Below are positions 37,429 through 47,625 of a stretch of 64,000 bases of DNA, piece by piece. The notes beneath the pieces are model-generated. The model was not told the DNA's origin, searched no databases, and saw only the letters and a program-made list of their open reading frames with translations. How positions within the stretch are numbered: the stretch's first letter is position 1; the number at the start of each line of letters is the position of its first letter. Source of the stretch: Escherichia coli (GTDB lineage Bacteria; Pseudomonadota; Gammaproteobacteria; Enterobacterales; Enterobacteriaceae); NCBI RefSeq assembly GCF_030013205.1, contig NZ_CP122649.1. The stretch is one strand, 5' to 3'. The position numbers and the translations under genes are program-made.

Positions 37429-38286
37429 TTAAGCGGCTTTTTTCTCAAATGCCACCGGCGATTTCCAGCCGAGTGTTGAATGTCTTCGGCGTGGATTATA
37501 AAAGCCATTTATATATTCGAAGATTGCAATCTCAATATCTCGCCTTGTTTGCCAGTGTCTGCGCCAAATCAACTCAGCCTTTAATGATTTAAAGAAGCTT
37601 TCTACTGCGGAGTTATCAAAACAATTGCCTTTCCCGCTCATGGACGGCAGCAATTGATGTTTGAGCAGTAGCTTTTGATATTCATGAGCGCAATATTGGC
37701 TCCCACGGTCTGTGTGTTGAATACAACCCGGTGGTGGTTTGCGTAAAGCCAACGCCATATTCAGTGCCCTTAATGCAAGATCCTGCTTTAATCGATCACC
37801 TGTTGCCCAGCCAATCACGCGACGGGAATACAGGTCAAGGATAACAGCAAGATAGACCCATCCTTCTCTGGTCCAAACATAAGTGATATCGCCTGCCCAT
37901 TTCTGGTTGGGTGCGCTTGCGCTAAAGTCTTGTTTTAATAGGTTCGGTGCAATGTTGAAGGTATGATGACTATCCGTTGTCCGTTTGAATTTACGCGTTC
38001 GAACAACTGTAATGTTATTCTGGCGCATCAAACGTCCAACCCGACGCTGCCCAACCTGCAGGCCCAGCGCTTTCAACTCTTCTGTCATACGCGGCCTACC
38101 ATAGCTCCCCAAACACAACCGATGCTGCTCACGTATATGCGCTAGAAGTATAAGATCACGACGCTGGCGCAGTGATGGAGGACGGCGTTTCCATGCACGT
38201 AAACCACGATCTGTTACGCCCATCAAACGACATATGCGTGAACGTGAGAGAGAGCCACGGTAATCCGTAATAAACTGAAATCTCAC
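37429..38286 (-). CDS. IS1133 OrfB (DDE integrase domain)
   Basis: 285-aa ORF with IS3-family rve-domain features (..WAGDITYV.., ..HTDRGSQY.., ..DNSAVESFF..). Confidence 0.85.
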   Translation of the reverse strand: MRFQFITDYRGSLSRSRICRLMGVTDRGLRAWKRRPPSLRQRRDLILLAHIREQHRLCLGSYGRPRMTEELKALGLQVGQRRVGRLMRQNNITVVRTRKFKRTTDSHHTFNIAPNLLKQDFSASAPNQKWAGDITYVWTREGWVYLAVILDLYSRRVIGWATGDRLKQDLALRALNMALALRKPPPGCIQHTDRGSQYCAHEYQKLLLKHQLLPSMSGKGNCFDNSAVESFFKSLKAELIWRRHWQTRRDIEIAIFEYINGFYNPRRRHSTLGWKSPVAFEKKAA

Positions 38287-38558
38287 AGCTTTTGTACTGC
38301 GAAAAATATTGCTGCCTTTTTTAATATCTCCCTCTCCTCCCGAAGGATACGGTTCTCTTTGCGTAAACGTTCATTCTCACGCAGAAGATCAGTGTCTTGG
38401 GTAGGAATTTTAGTTTCATCGGAAATTGATGCGATCCATTTCCCAAGCGTGGAAAGCCCAATACTTAAATCTGACGCAACTTGACGGCGTGTTAAGCCAC
38501 TAGTGAGTGCTATGCGAACTGCATCACGCTTAAATTCATCACTATGCTTTAATGACAT
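38283..38558 (-). CDS. IS1133 OrfA (HTH)
   Basis: MSLKHSDEFKRDAVRIALTSGLTRRQVASDLSIGLSTLGKW... Confidence 0.85.
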   Translation of the reverse strand: MSLKHSDEFKRDAVRIALTSGLTRRQVASDLSIGLSTLGKWIASISDETKIPTQDTDLLRENERLRKENRILREEREILKKAAIFFAVQKL

Positions 38559-38622
38559 ATATGGTCTCCTTGATAACAAATAATGCTCTCAAAAAGACCG
38601 GAACGAAACCGAGGCAAGTCCA

Positions 38623-38968
38623 CTACGTAAGTCCGAGAACATGCTTTCCATGGTCTCTGAGCTCGCCTTTGGGACCGACATATCGGTAGAGAGTGACGCG
38701 CTCGATGCCGAGTTCCTTGCAGAGATCGGAAACTGAAGTATCGCGCTGGGCCATGGCGGCTTGCGCGAGACGCACCTGAGCTTTGGTGAGCGCGAATTTT
38801 CGTCCGCCCTTGCGACCGCGCGCTCTCGCGGAGGCGAGACCCGCCATGGTGCGCTCTCGGATCAGATCCCGCTCGAACTCGGCCAAGGTGGCGAAGATTC
38901 CGAACACCATGCGACCGGACGCAGTCGTGGTGTCGATCTGAGCGCCCTTTCCAGTCAGAACCCGCAGG
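38623..38968 (-). pseudogene. tnpR: Tn3-family resolvase TnpR, C-terminal fragment
   Basis: ..GRMVFGIFATLAEFERDLIRERTMAGLASARARGRKGGRKFALT... with a C-terminal HTH. The 5' part is removed by IS26 copy 2. Confidence 0.85.
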
Positions 38969-39788
38969 GGCACTGTTGCAAATAGTCGGTGGTGATAAAC
39001 TTATCATCCCCTTTTGCTGATGGAGCTGCACATGAACCCATTCAAAGGCCGGCATTTTCAGCGTGACATCATTCTGTGGGCCGTACGCTGGTACTGCAAA
39101 TACGGCATCAGTTACCGTGAGCTGCAGGAGATGCTGGCTGAACGCGGAGTGAATGTCGATCACTCCACGATTTACCGCTGGGTTCAGCGTTATGCGCCTG
39201 AAATGGAAAAACGGCTGCGCTGGTACTGGCGTAACCCTTCCGATCTTTGCCCGTGGCACATGGATGAAACCTACGTGAAGGTCAATGGCCGCTGGGCGTA
39301 TCTGTACCGGGCCGTCGACAGCCGGGGCCGCACTGTCGATTTTTATCTCTCCTCCCGTCGTAACAGCAAAGCTGCATACCGGTTTCTGGGTAAAATCCTC
39401 AACAACGTGAAGAAGTGGCAGATCCCGCGATTCATCAACACGGATAAAGCGCCCGCCTATGGTCGCGCGCTTGCTCTGCTCAAACGCGAAGGCCGGTGCC
39501 CGTCTGACGTTGAACACCGACAGATTAAGTACCGGAACAACGTGATTGAATGCGATCATGGCAAACTGAAACGGATAATCGGCGCCACGCTGGGATTTAA
39601 ATCCATGAAGACGGCTTACGCCACCATCAAAGGTATTGAGGTGATGCGTGCACTACGCAAAGGCCAGGCCTCAGCATTTTATTATGGTGATCCCCTGGGC
39701 GAAATGCGCCTGGTAAGCAGAGTTTTTGAAACGTAAGGCCTTTGAATAAGACAAAAGGCTGCCTCATCGCTAACTTTGCAACAGTGCC
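38969..39788 (+). mobile_element. IS26, copy 2 (820 bp)
   Basis: IRs ggcactgttgcaaa / tttgcaacagtgcc. The transposase reads ..LSSRRN.. and ends ..VFET, the variant shared with copy 3. Confidence 0.97.
39032..39736 (+). CDS. tnpA: IS26 transposase
   Basis: 234 aa from MNPFKGRHF.... Confidence 0.95.
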   Translation: MNPFKGRHFQRDIILWAVRWYCKYGISYRELQEMLAERGVNVDHSTIYRWVQRYAPEMEKRLRWYWRNPSDLCPWHMDETYVKVNGRWAYLYRAVDSRGRTVDFYLSSRRNSKAAYRFLGKILNNVKKWQIPRFINTDKAPAYGRALALLKREGRCPSDVEHRQIKYRNNVIECDHGKLKRIIGATLGFKSMKTAYATIKGIEVMRALRKGQASAFYYGDPLGEMRLVSRVFET

Positions 39789-39822
39789 CTTTGTTAGTAT
39801 CAAGTGGCAGGAGGCCCCGATC

Positions 39823-40110
39823 ATGTCAAAACAAGCCGTTTTCACGATGAAGCTGGAGCCTGAGTTGCGCGCCGAGTTTATGGCCGAAGCCGAGGCGGCC
39901 CATCGCCCGGCGTCGCAAGTGCTGCGCGAGCTGATGCGCGAGTTCGTTCAGCGCCAGCGCGAGTCGCGCGAGTACGACGAGTTCCTGCGCCGCAAGGTCG
40001 AAGCCGGCCGGGCTTCGATGCGCGCTGGATTGGGGCGGTCGAACGATGAAGTTGAGGCCGAATTCGCCGCACGGCGTGCCAGTGTGGCGAGCCAGAACAG
40101 GAGTAAATAA
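39823..40110 (+). CDS. ribbon-helix-helix antitoxin (ParD/CopG-like), 3' end abutting the msr(E) segment
   Basis: [45 protein letters not shown].... The gene is GC-rich, and composition switches abruptly to AT-rich at ~40100, immediately before msr(E). Confidence 0.65.
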   Translation: MSKQAVFTMKLEPELRAEFMAEAEAAHRPASQVLRELMREFVQRQRESREYDEFLRRKVEAGRASMRAGLGRSNDEVEAEFAARRASVASQNRSK

Positions 40111-40112
40111 AA

Positions 40113-41588
40113 ATGAGTTTAATTATTAAAGCGAGAAACATACGCTTGGATTATGCTGGGCGTGATGTTTTGGATATTGATGAATTGGAAATTCACTCTT
40201 ATGACCGTATTGGTCTTGTGGGTGATAACGGAGCAGGAAAGAGTAGTTTACTCAAAGTACTTAATGGCGAAATTGTTTTAGCCGAAGCGACATTACAGCG
40301 TTTTGGTGATTTTGCACATATCAGCCAACTGGGCGGAATCGAAATAGAAACGGTCGAAGACCGGGCAATGTTATCTCGCCTTGGTGTTTCCAATGTACAA
40401 AACGACACAATGAGTGGCGGAGAGGAAACTCGTGCAAAAATTGCTGCCGCATTTTCCCAACAAGTACATGGCATTCTAGCGGATGAACCAACCAGCCACC
40501 TTGATCTCAATGGAATAGATCTACTTATTGGTCAACTTAAAGCATTTGATGGAGCATTACTTGTTATCAGTCATGACCGATATTTTCTTGATATGGTTGT
40601 AGACAAGATATGGGAGTTAAAAGACGGTAAAATTACGGAATATTGGGGTGGTTACTCGGATTACTTGCGTCAAAAAGAAGAAGAGCGACAACACCAAGCC
40701 GTAGAATATGAGCTGATGATGAAGGAACGGGAGCGATTAGAATCTGCTGTGCAAGAAAAACGCCAGCAAGCTAATCGATTAGACAATAAGAAAAAAGGAG
40801 AAAAATCCAAAAACTCTACCGAAAGTGCTGGACGACTTGGGCATGCAAAAATGACTGGCACCAAGCAAAGAAAACTGTATCAGGCAGCTAAGAGTATGGA
40901 AAAGCGTTTGGCTGCATTAGAAGATATTCAAGCACCAGAGCATTTGCGTTCTATTCGTTTTCGTCAAAGTTCAGCCCTAGAACTGCACAATAAGTTCCCG
41001 ATTACGGCAGATGGTCTGAGCTTAAAATTTGGTAGCCGTACTATCTTTGATGACGCTAACTTTATAATACCGCTTGGCGCTAAAGTCGCTATAACTGGAT
41101 CGAATGGAACAGGGAAAACGTCCTTGTTAAAAATGATATCAGAACGTGCTGATGGATTAACCATATCTCCAAAAGCTGAAATTGGCTACTTTACACAAAC
41201 AGGATATAAATTTAACACGCATAAATCTGTGCTCTCCTTTATGCAGGAAGAGTGCGAGTACACAGTTGCGGAAATTCGTGCAGTATTGGCTTCAATGGGG
41301 ATCGGAGCGAATGATATTCAAAAAAACTTATCCGACTTATCGGGAGGTGAAATCATCAAACTGCTTTTATCCAAAATGCTTTTAGGAAAATATAATATTT
41401 TGCTTATGGATGAACCAGGAAACTATCTTGACCTAAAAAGTATTGCCGCATTAGAAACAATGATGAAGTCCTATGCAGGAACTATTATCTTCGTATCTCA
41501 TGACAAGCAATTGGTCGATAATATTGCTGACATTATCTACGAGATCAAAGACCACAAAATCATCAAGACTTTTGAGAGAGATTGTTAA
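40113..41588 (+). CDS. msr(E): ABC-F ribosomal protection protein Msr(E)
   Basis: 491 aa, [45 protein letters not shown]..., with two ABC domains. Matches the recalled Msr(E). Confidence 0.95.
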   Translation: MSLIIKARNIRLDYAGRDVLDIDELEIHSYDRIGLVGDNGAGKSSLLKVLNGEIVLAEATLQRFGDFAHISQLGGIEIETVEDRAMLSRLGVSNVQNDTMSGGEETRAKIAAAFSQQVHGILADEPTSHLDLNGIDLLIGQLKAFDGALLVISHDRYFLDMVVDKIWELKDGKITEYWGGYSDYLRQKEEERQHQAVEYELMMKERERLESAVQEKRQQANRLDNKKKGEKSKNSTESAGRLGHAKMTGTKQRKLYQAAKSMEKRLAALEDIQAPEHLRSIRFRQSSALELHNKFPITADGLSLKFGSRTIFDDANFIIPLGAKVAITGSNGTGKTSLLKMISERADGLTISPKAEIGYFTQTGYKFNTHKSVLSFMQEECEYTVAEIRAVLASMGIGANDIQKNLSDLSGGEIIKLLLSKMLLGKYNILLMDEPGNYLDLKSIAALETMMKSYAGTIIFVSHDKQLVDNIADIIYEIKDHKIIKTFERDC

Positions 41589-41643
41589 TGATAGCCAATC
41601 TAATCCGAACATTAATTATTGAACTCTTTAAAGGAAATTAAAA

Positions 41644-42528
41644 ATGACAATTCAAGATATTCAATCACTTGCTGAAGCACACGGCTTGTTGCTTACGGAC
41701 AAAATGAATTTCAATGAAATGGGCATTGATTTTAAGGTCGTTTTTGCTCTTGATACAAAGGGGCAACAATGGTTGCTGCGTATTCCTCGTCGTGATGGCA
41801 TGAGGGAACAAATCAAGAAAGAAAAACGCATTTTAGAATTGGTAAAAAAACATCTTTCTGTAGAGGTTCCTGATTGGAGAATTTCATCTACAGAATTAGT
41901 GGCTTATCCCATACTTAAAGATAATCCTGTTTTAAATTTGGATGCTGAAACCTATGAAATAATTTGGAATATGGACAAAGATAGCCCGAAATACATAACA
42001 TCTTTGGCAAAAACCTTATTTGAAATCCATAGTATTCCTGAAAAAGAAGTTCGGGAAAATGATTTGAAAATTATGAAACCTTCAGATTTAAGACCTGAAA
42101 TAGCAAACAATTTGCAGTTAGTAAAATCTGAAATTGGTATAAGTGAGCAATTGGAAACCCGCTACAGAAAATGGTTGGATAATGATGTTCTATGGGCAGA
42201 TTTCACCCAATTTATACATGGCGATTTATATGCTGGGCATGTACTAGCTTCAAAGGATGGAGCTGTTTCAGGCGTTATTGATTGGTCAACAGCCCATATA
42301 GATGACCCAGCGATTGATTTTGCTGGGCATGTAACTTTGTTTGGAGAAGAAAGCCTCAAAACTCTAATCATCGAGTATGAAAAACTAGGGGGTAAAGTTT
42401 GGAATAAACTATATGAACAGACTTTAGAAAGAGCAGCGGCCTCTCCTTTGATGTATGGTTTATTTGCCTTAGAAACTCAAAATGAAAGCCTTATCGTTGG
42501 AGCAAAAGCTCAGTTGGGAGTTATATAA
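41644..42528 (+). CDS. mph(E): macrolide 2'-phosphotransferase Mph(E)
   Basis: 294 aa, MTIQDIQSLAEAHGLLLTDKMNFNEMGIDFKVVFALDTKGQQWLLRIPRR... Matches the recalled Mph(E). Confidence 0.95.
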   Translation: MTIQDIQSLAEAHGLLLTDKMNFNEMGIDFKVVFALDTKGQQWLLRIPRRDGMREQIKKEKRILELVKKHLSVEVPDWRISSTELVAYPILKDNPVLNLDAETYEIIWNMDKDSPKYITSLAKTLFEIHSIPEKEVRENDLKIMKPSDLRPEIANNLQLVKSEIGISEQLETRYRKWLDNDVLWADFTQFIHGDLYAGHVLASKDGAVSGVIDWSTAHIDDPAIDFAGHVTLFGEESLKTLIIEYEKLGGKVWNKLYEQTLERAAASPLMYGLFALETQNESLIVGAKAQLGVI

Positions 42529-42723
42529 TTTAAAAATATGATTGCTGAGAACTGCCTTGTTTTGAAACTTGGTTGGCTTTAATTAGTTTTTAGTATTCTT
42601 TATAGAAAATGCCTCGATCAAGGGGCATTTCTAACAATCATTTAACATAAAATTTCTTATGCGAAATTACATACCAACTTTAACCACATTGTGGACAGGT
42701 TGGATTTTAGAGATAAGAAAAAC

Positions 42724-43543
42724 GGCACTGTTGCAAAGTTAGCGATGAGGCAGCCTTTTGTCTTATTCAAAGGCCTTACGTTTCAAAAACTCTGCTTACC
42801 AGGCGCATTTCGCCCAGGGGATCACCATAATAAAATGCTGAGGCCTGGCCTTTGCGTAGTGCACGCATCACCTCAATACCTTTGATGGTGGCGTAAGCCG
42901 TCTTCATGGATTTAAATCCCAGCGTGGCGCCGATTATCCGTTTCAGTTTGCCATGATCGCATTCAATCACGTTGTTCCGGTACTTAATCTGTCGGTGTTC
43001 AACGTCAGACGGGCACCGGCCTTCGCGTTTGAGCAGAGCAAGCGCGCGACCATAGGCGGGCGCTTTATCCGTGTTGATGAATCGCGGGATCTGCCACTTC
43101 TTCACGTTGTTGAGGATTTTACCCAGAAACCGGTATGCAGCTTTGCTGTTACGACGGGAGGAGAGATAAAAATCGACAGTGCGGCCCCGGCTGTCGACGG
43201 CCCGGTACAGATACGCCCAGCGGCCATTGACCTTCACGTAGGTTTCATCCATGTGCCACGGGCAAAGATCGGAAGGGTTACGCCAGTACCAGCGCAGCCG
43301 TTTTTCCATTTCAGGCGCATAACGCTGAACCCAGCGGTAAATCGTGGAGTGATCGACATTCACTCCGCGTTCAGCCAGCATCTCCTGCAGCTCACGGTAA
43401 CTGATGCCGTATTTGCAGTACCAGCGTACGGCCCACAGAATGATGTCACGCTGAAAATGCCGGCCTTTGAATGGGTTCATGTGCAGCTCCATCAGCAAAA
43501 GGGGATGATAAGTTTATCACCACCGACTATTTGCAACAGTGCC
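42724..43543 (-). mobile_element. IS26, copy 3 (820 bp), inverted relative to copies 1 and 2
   Basis: IRs at both ends; transposase identical to copy 2 at the protein level (..VFET). Confidence 0.97.
42776..43480 (-). CDS. tnpA: IS26 transposase
   Basis: 234 aa from MNPFKGRHF.... Confidence 0.95.
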   Translation of the reverse strand: MNPFKGRHFQRDIILWAVRWYCKYGISYRELQEMLAERGVNVDHSTIYRWVQRYAPEMEKRLRWYWRNPSDLCPWHMDETYVKVNGRWAYLYRAVDSRGRTVDFYLSSRRNSKAAYRFLGKILNNVKKWQIPRFINTDKAPAYGRALALLKREGRCPSDVEHRQIKYRNNVIECDHGKLKRIIGATLGFKSMKTAYATIKGIEVMRALRKGQASAFYYGDPLGEMRLVSRVFET

Positions 43544-45784
43544 AACTTCTACACCGTCCACGATCTACGCAACCTGAAGGCCGATCAGACCTACCTCTAC
43601 CTGCTTTGCTATGCCTGGGTGCGCTACCGGCAGCTTTCCGACAACCTGGTCGATGCGATGGCCTACCACATGAAGCAGTTGGAGGACGAAAGCAGTGCGG
43701 GCGCAAAGCAATCCTTTGTCGCCGAGCAGGTGCGCCGTCAGCAAGACACACCGCAGGTCGGCCGCCTGCTGTCGCTTTACATCGACGACAGCGTGCCCGA
43801 TCCCACGCCGTTCGGCGATGTGCGCCAGCGCGCCTACAAAATCATGCCCCGCGATACGCTGCAAACCACCGCGCAGCGCATGAGCGTGAAGCCGGTGAGC
43901 AAGCTGGCTTTGCACTGGCAGGCGGTGGACGGCCTGGCTGAGCGCATCCGCCGCCATCTTCGGCCGCTGTATGTCGCGCTCGACCTCGCTGGCACTGATC
44001 CGGGCAGCCCGTGGCTCGTGGCGCTGGCCTGGGCCAAGGACGTGTTCGCCAAACAGCAGCGCCTATCGCAACGGCCGCTCGCCGAATGTCCAGCGGCCAC
44101 GCTGCCGAAACGCTTGCGACCGTACCTGCTGACCTTCGATGCCGATGGCAAGCCGACGGACCTGCATGCCGACCGCTACGAGTTCTGGCTGTACCGCCAG
44201 GTCAGGAAGCGCTTCCAGTCGGGTGAACTCTACCTCGACGACAGCTTGCAGCACCGGCATTTTTCCGACGAGCTGGTTTCGCTGGATGAGAAGGCCGCCG
44301 TGCTGGCGCAGATCGACATCCCGTTCCTGCGGCAGCCACTCGATGCCCAGCTCGATGCGCTCGCGACCGAGCTGCGCGCTCAGTGGCTGGCCTTCAACCG
44401 CGAGCTGAAGCAGGGCAAGCTGACGCACCTAGAATACGACAAGGACACGCAGAAGCTGACATGGCGCAAGCCCAAGGGCGAGAACCAGAAGGCGCGCGAG
44501 AAGGCGTTCTACGAGCAACTGCCGTTCTGCGACGTGGCCGACGTGTTCCGCTTCGTCAACGGCCAGTGCCAGTTCCTGTCGGCGCTGACGCCTTTGCAGC
44601 CGCGCTATGCGAAGAAGGTCGCCGACGCCGACAGCCTGATGGCGGTCATCATCGCGCAGGCGATGAACCACGGCAACCAGGTCATGGCACGCACCAGCGA
44701 CATCCCGTACCACGTGCTGGAGAGCGCCTACCAACAGTACCTGCGCCACGCAACGCTGCACGCGGCCAACGACTGCATCAGCAACGCCATCGCCGCGCTG
44801 CCGATCTTCCCGTACTACTCGTTCGACCTCGATGCACTGTACGGTGCCGTCGATGGTCAGAAATTCGGCGTCGAGCGGCCGACCGTGAAAGCGCGCCACT
44901 CGCGCAAATACTTTGGGCGCGGCAAGGGCGTGGTCGCCTACACGCTGCTGTGCAACCACGTGCCGCTCAACGGCTACCTGATCGGCGCGCACGATTACGA
45001 GGCCCATCACGTGTTCGACATCTGGTATCGCAACACGTCGGACATCGTGCCGACCGCGATCACCGGCGACATGCACAGCGTCAACAAGGCCAACTTCGCT
45101 ATCCTGCACTGGTTCGGCCTGCGTTTCGAGCCGCGCTTCACCGACCTTGGCGATCAGTTGAAGGAACTCTACAGTGCCGACGATCCGGCGCTGTACGATC
45201 AGTGCCTGATCCGGCCGGCCGGGAGAATCGACCGCGATCTCATAGTCAGCGAGAAGCCGAACCTCGACCAGATTGTCGCCACGCTCGGACTGAAGGAGAT
45301 GACGCAGGGCACGCTGATCCGCAAGCTATGCACCTACACCGCGCCGAACCCCACGCGGCGCGCGGTGTTCGAGTTCGACAAGCTCATCCGCAGCATCTAC
45401 ACGCTGCGCTACCTGCGCGATCCGCAACTGGAGCGCAACGTTCACCGCTCACAGAACCGCATCGAGTCCTATCACCAGCTACGCTCAACCATCGCCCAGG
45501 TCGGCGGCAAGAAGGAATTGACCGGGCGCACCGACATCGAAATTGAGATCAGCAACCAGTGCGCCAGGCTGATCGCCAACGCGGTCATCTTCTACAACTC
45601 GGCCATCCTCTCGCGGCTGCTGATGAAGTACGAGGCGAGCGGCAACGCCAAGGCGCACGCTCTCCTGACCCAGATATCGCCGGCGGCCTGGCGGCACATC
45701 CTGCTGAACGGGCATTACACCTTCCAGAGCGACGGCAAGATGATCGACCTGGATGCGCTCGTGGCGGGGCTGGAGCTGGGATGA
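43544..45784 (+). pseudogene. tnpA: Tn3-family transposase TnpA, lacking roughly the first 240 codons (cut by IS26)
   Basis: The frame from 43544 (NFYTVHDLRNLKADQTYLYLLCYAWVRYRQL...) runs to a stop at 45782-45784 inside the right IR. The first 197 codons of the tracked 943-aa ORF are antisense IS26. Confidence 0.9.
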
Positions 45785-45816
45785 CGGAAATTTCGGCGGT
45801 TCTGGCTTAGAACCCC
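45779..45816 (-). repeat. Right terminal inverted repeat of the Tn3-family transposon
   Basis: Reverse complement ggggttctaagccagaaccgccgaaatttccgtcat... Confidence 0.85.
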
Positions 45817-45819
45817 AAC

Positions 45820-46224
45820 TTAGATGAGGAAATCATCCAGTGTTTTACCGGCTTCAAGTTGTTCGGCCAGTGCTTTAGGGGTACGCCCCTGGCCAGTCCA
45901 GGTTTTCGTTTCACCATTAACATCAGTGTATTTATATTTCGCAGGGCGCGGTTCGCGAACTTTTTTAGGTGCTCCGGACTTTGCAGAGAAAGAACTCAGT
46001 AACTCTTCAGGGTCAATTCCATCTTCAAGCATTAATTGACGCAGGGATTCAATCTTCTCCAGACGCGCTTTCAGCTCAGCTTCTTTTGAAGATTCTTCCT
46101 GACGTCGTTCTTCAACAACAACGCTTAATTTTTCCAGCAGTTCTTCAAGGATCTCTAACGGCAGTTCACGGCCCTGCGCACGAAGAGTACGAATGTTGTT
46201 TAATGATTTGAGTGCTTCGGACAT
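45820..46224 (-). CDS. hns: plasmid-encoded H-NS family protein
   Basis: 134 aa, [33 protein letters not shown]...[20 protein letters not shown]. It has the H-NS N-terminal coiled coil and the C-terminal [12 protein letters not shown]-binding motif. Confidence 0.95.
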   Translation of the reverse strand: MSEALKSLNNIRTLRAQGRELPLEILEELLEKLSVVVEERRQEESSKEAELKARLEKIESLRQLMLEDGIDPEELLSSFSAKSGAPKKVREPRPAKYKYTDVNGETKTWTGQGRTPKALAEQLEAGKTLDDFLI

Positions 46225-46485
46225 ATGACCTCACTAAGAGTAATAAATAAAATCAATAGAATACTTTGCGATATTACACTCTTTTATTATTTTGAGCCAG
46301 CTAGACGCGTAAGATTTTCTGGGCGCATGATATCAATCATTGGTACCTAAAGACATTAACCACCCCGCGTATGGAAACAAATGCATTATCACTTGCCAGT
46401 TCCTCTGTAGTGCCAACTCCGCAAGATTAGATAAAATCGCCGTCTGTCTCATGCGATTATTACTTTCGGTTACTGGAGAGACCTT

Positions 46486-46758
46486 TTAATATTGATTTTC
46501 TTCCTCTTGATTTCTTAGTTGTTTGTTCTTTTCGTTAATATGGAAAGGGTCGTATGTGTTGGTATTATATGCGTTCTTAACGTTTGCTGCCCACTGTTCA
46601 ATGCGGAGCATCATTGCATATGTTGCTGCGGCATCAAGATCCAGTTGTTCAGAGTGTTCAGGGAGCAGAATTTTACAATATTCCAGTTCATGAGCCACAG
46701 CTCCGAGCCGTTCATAAAGTGAAGATAGTTGCGTTATGGAATCATCAGTGCGGTTCAT
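46486..46758 (-). CDS. hypothetical protein (90 aa)
   Basis: ORF track; the start overlaps the upstream stop in ATGA, suggesting translational coupling. Confidence 0.55.
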   Translation of the reverse strand: MNRTDDSITQLSSLYERLGAVAHELEYCKILLPEHSEQLDLDAAATYAMMLRIEQWAANVKNAYNTNTYDPFHINEKNKQLRNQEEENQY

Positions 46759-47423
46759 GAATAGCGCCGACTTCCAATAATATATTGAGCAAGTTTGATG
46801 TTAAGACATACCATGTTGCTTGATAGTTGGCGCATCATACGGGATTCGCTACGAATTAAATAGGATTCAAGTAGTCCAGAATATTCCCCTGACGTTACAA
46901 CCGTCAACTGGGCAATGTGATTATTTAATTTGCTTGCCCCTGCCAGGATATCATCCTCCGTCGCCTCGATATAAACGGGGGAGGCAGCGATAACATAATC
47001 ATCGAAAGGTCTTGCTGCCATCAATGTCTCAATAGATTTCGCCGTCCTTTCTTTCCCGAATGTATTTGTTAATTCCCGCCACCATTGTCGGTGACTGAAC
47101 GGTAAATCATGAAAGGTGGCTTCATAAGCGTCCACGAGGTCACGACTATTCAAAAAACCCAACCCGGCCGAGATCACCCACAACTCCAGGTTCTCAGTTG
47201 TCCGTAATATCTCTTTTGCCGTTGACCAGTGATTACCGGCATAGAGCGACAGGGCCGGTACCGGTGAAGCACTTTGCGACCGTTTAATCGTTGCTGCCCA
47301 GCTGGACATTGCCTCTTCTGGTGTCTGTCCAGACCGGATACTCAGTTCTGGCATGGAGCCGCACTGGCTGTGCTTACCTTTGGTACAGGACGTTATTAGG
47401 TGTGTAATTCGCGACGCCGCCAT
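46755..47423 (-). CDS. hypothetical protein (222 aa)
   Basis: ATG 47423 with SD gaggg (the tracked start 47441 is TTG). Motifs ITSCTKGK, LYAGNHW and VISAGLGF are not confidently assigned. Confidence 0.55.
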   Translation of the reverse strand: MAASRITHLITSCTKGKHSQCGSMPELSIRSGQTPEEAMSSWAATIKRSQSASPVPALSLYAGNHWSTAKEILRTTENLELWVISAGLGFLNSRDLVDAYEATFHDLPFSHRQWWRELTNTFGKERTAKSIETLMAARPFDDYVIAASPVYIEATEDDILAGASKLNNHIAQLTVVTSGEYSGLLESYLIRSESRMMRQLSSNMVCLNIKLAQYIIGSRRYS

Positions 47424-47625
47424 TTTGTAGCCCTCAGCCAAATGTGTGTAATCACTGTCTAACTATCGTAACAGCCCCTCATCCGCCATAACGACAAAGA
47501 GGAAGCCCTAAACGTAAACGACTACCCCATTATACATTTAGTCATGCCTTTACTAATAACTAGTTACCAAAATAAACACCCCAGATGTGACACCGTCACG
47601 TTTTTCGGCTTTATTTAGTTCATTT

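Larger units (their letters stand above)
37391..38622 (-). mobile_element. IS1133 (IS3 family, 1,232 bp)
   Basis: Imperfect terminal IRs tggacttgcaccggttgtgttccggtct / agaccggaacgaaaccgaggcaagtcca; orfA/orfB with the slippery motif aaaaaag near 38317-38323. Confidence 0.9.
35577..38968 (-). mobile_element. Tn5393 remnant (IR, strB, strA, IS1133, truncated tnpR)
   Basis: The gene order and the IS1133 position directly after tnpR match the recalled Tn5393 structure. The remnant is cut by IS26 at 38969. Confidence 0.85.
28130..45816. mobile_element. Tn3-family transposon (17,687 bp) carrying a mosaic resistance region
   Basis: 38-bp terminal IRs (33/36 matches over the aligned core), direct 5-bp repeats AACTT at 28125-28129 and 45817-45821, and a tnpA stop codon lying inside the right IR. 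Confidence 0.85.

Noticed and set aside
36519-37508. 329-aa ORF extending strA upstream.
   Set aside because: Known StrA starts at the TTG giving (M)NRTNIFFGESH (37322). The extra 62 codons run into the IS1133 flank and lack similarity to the phosphotransferase.
42953-45784. Tracked 943-aa ORF, the largest in the window.
   Set aside because: It is a chimera. Codons up to 43543 are the antisense strand of IS26 copy 3 and happen to be open. Only 43544-45784 is real coding sequence (the truncated Tn3-family tnpA).
43471-45810. Many overlapping 60-390-aa ORFs in alternative frames and on the opposite strand of the tnpA fragment. The same occurs at 31564-32405, 32553-33960 and 34069-35573.
   Set aside because: These are GC-rich regions in which stop codons are rare. 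The ORFs overlap recognised genes (tnpA, virD2-like, floR, ISCR2) and have Arg/Ala/Pro/Gly-rich low-complexity translations.
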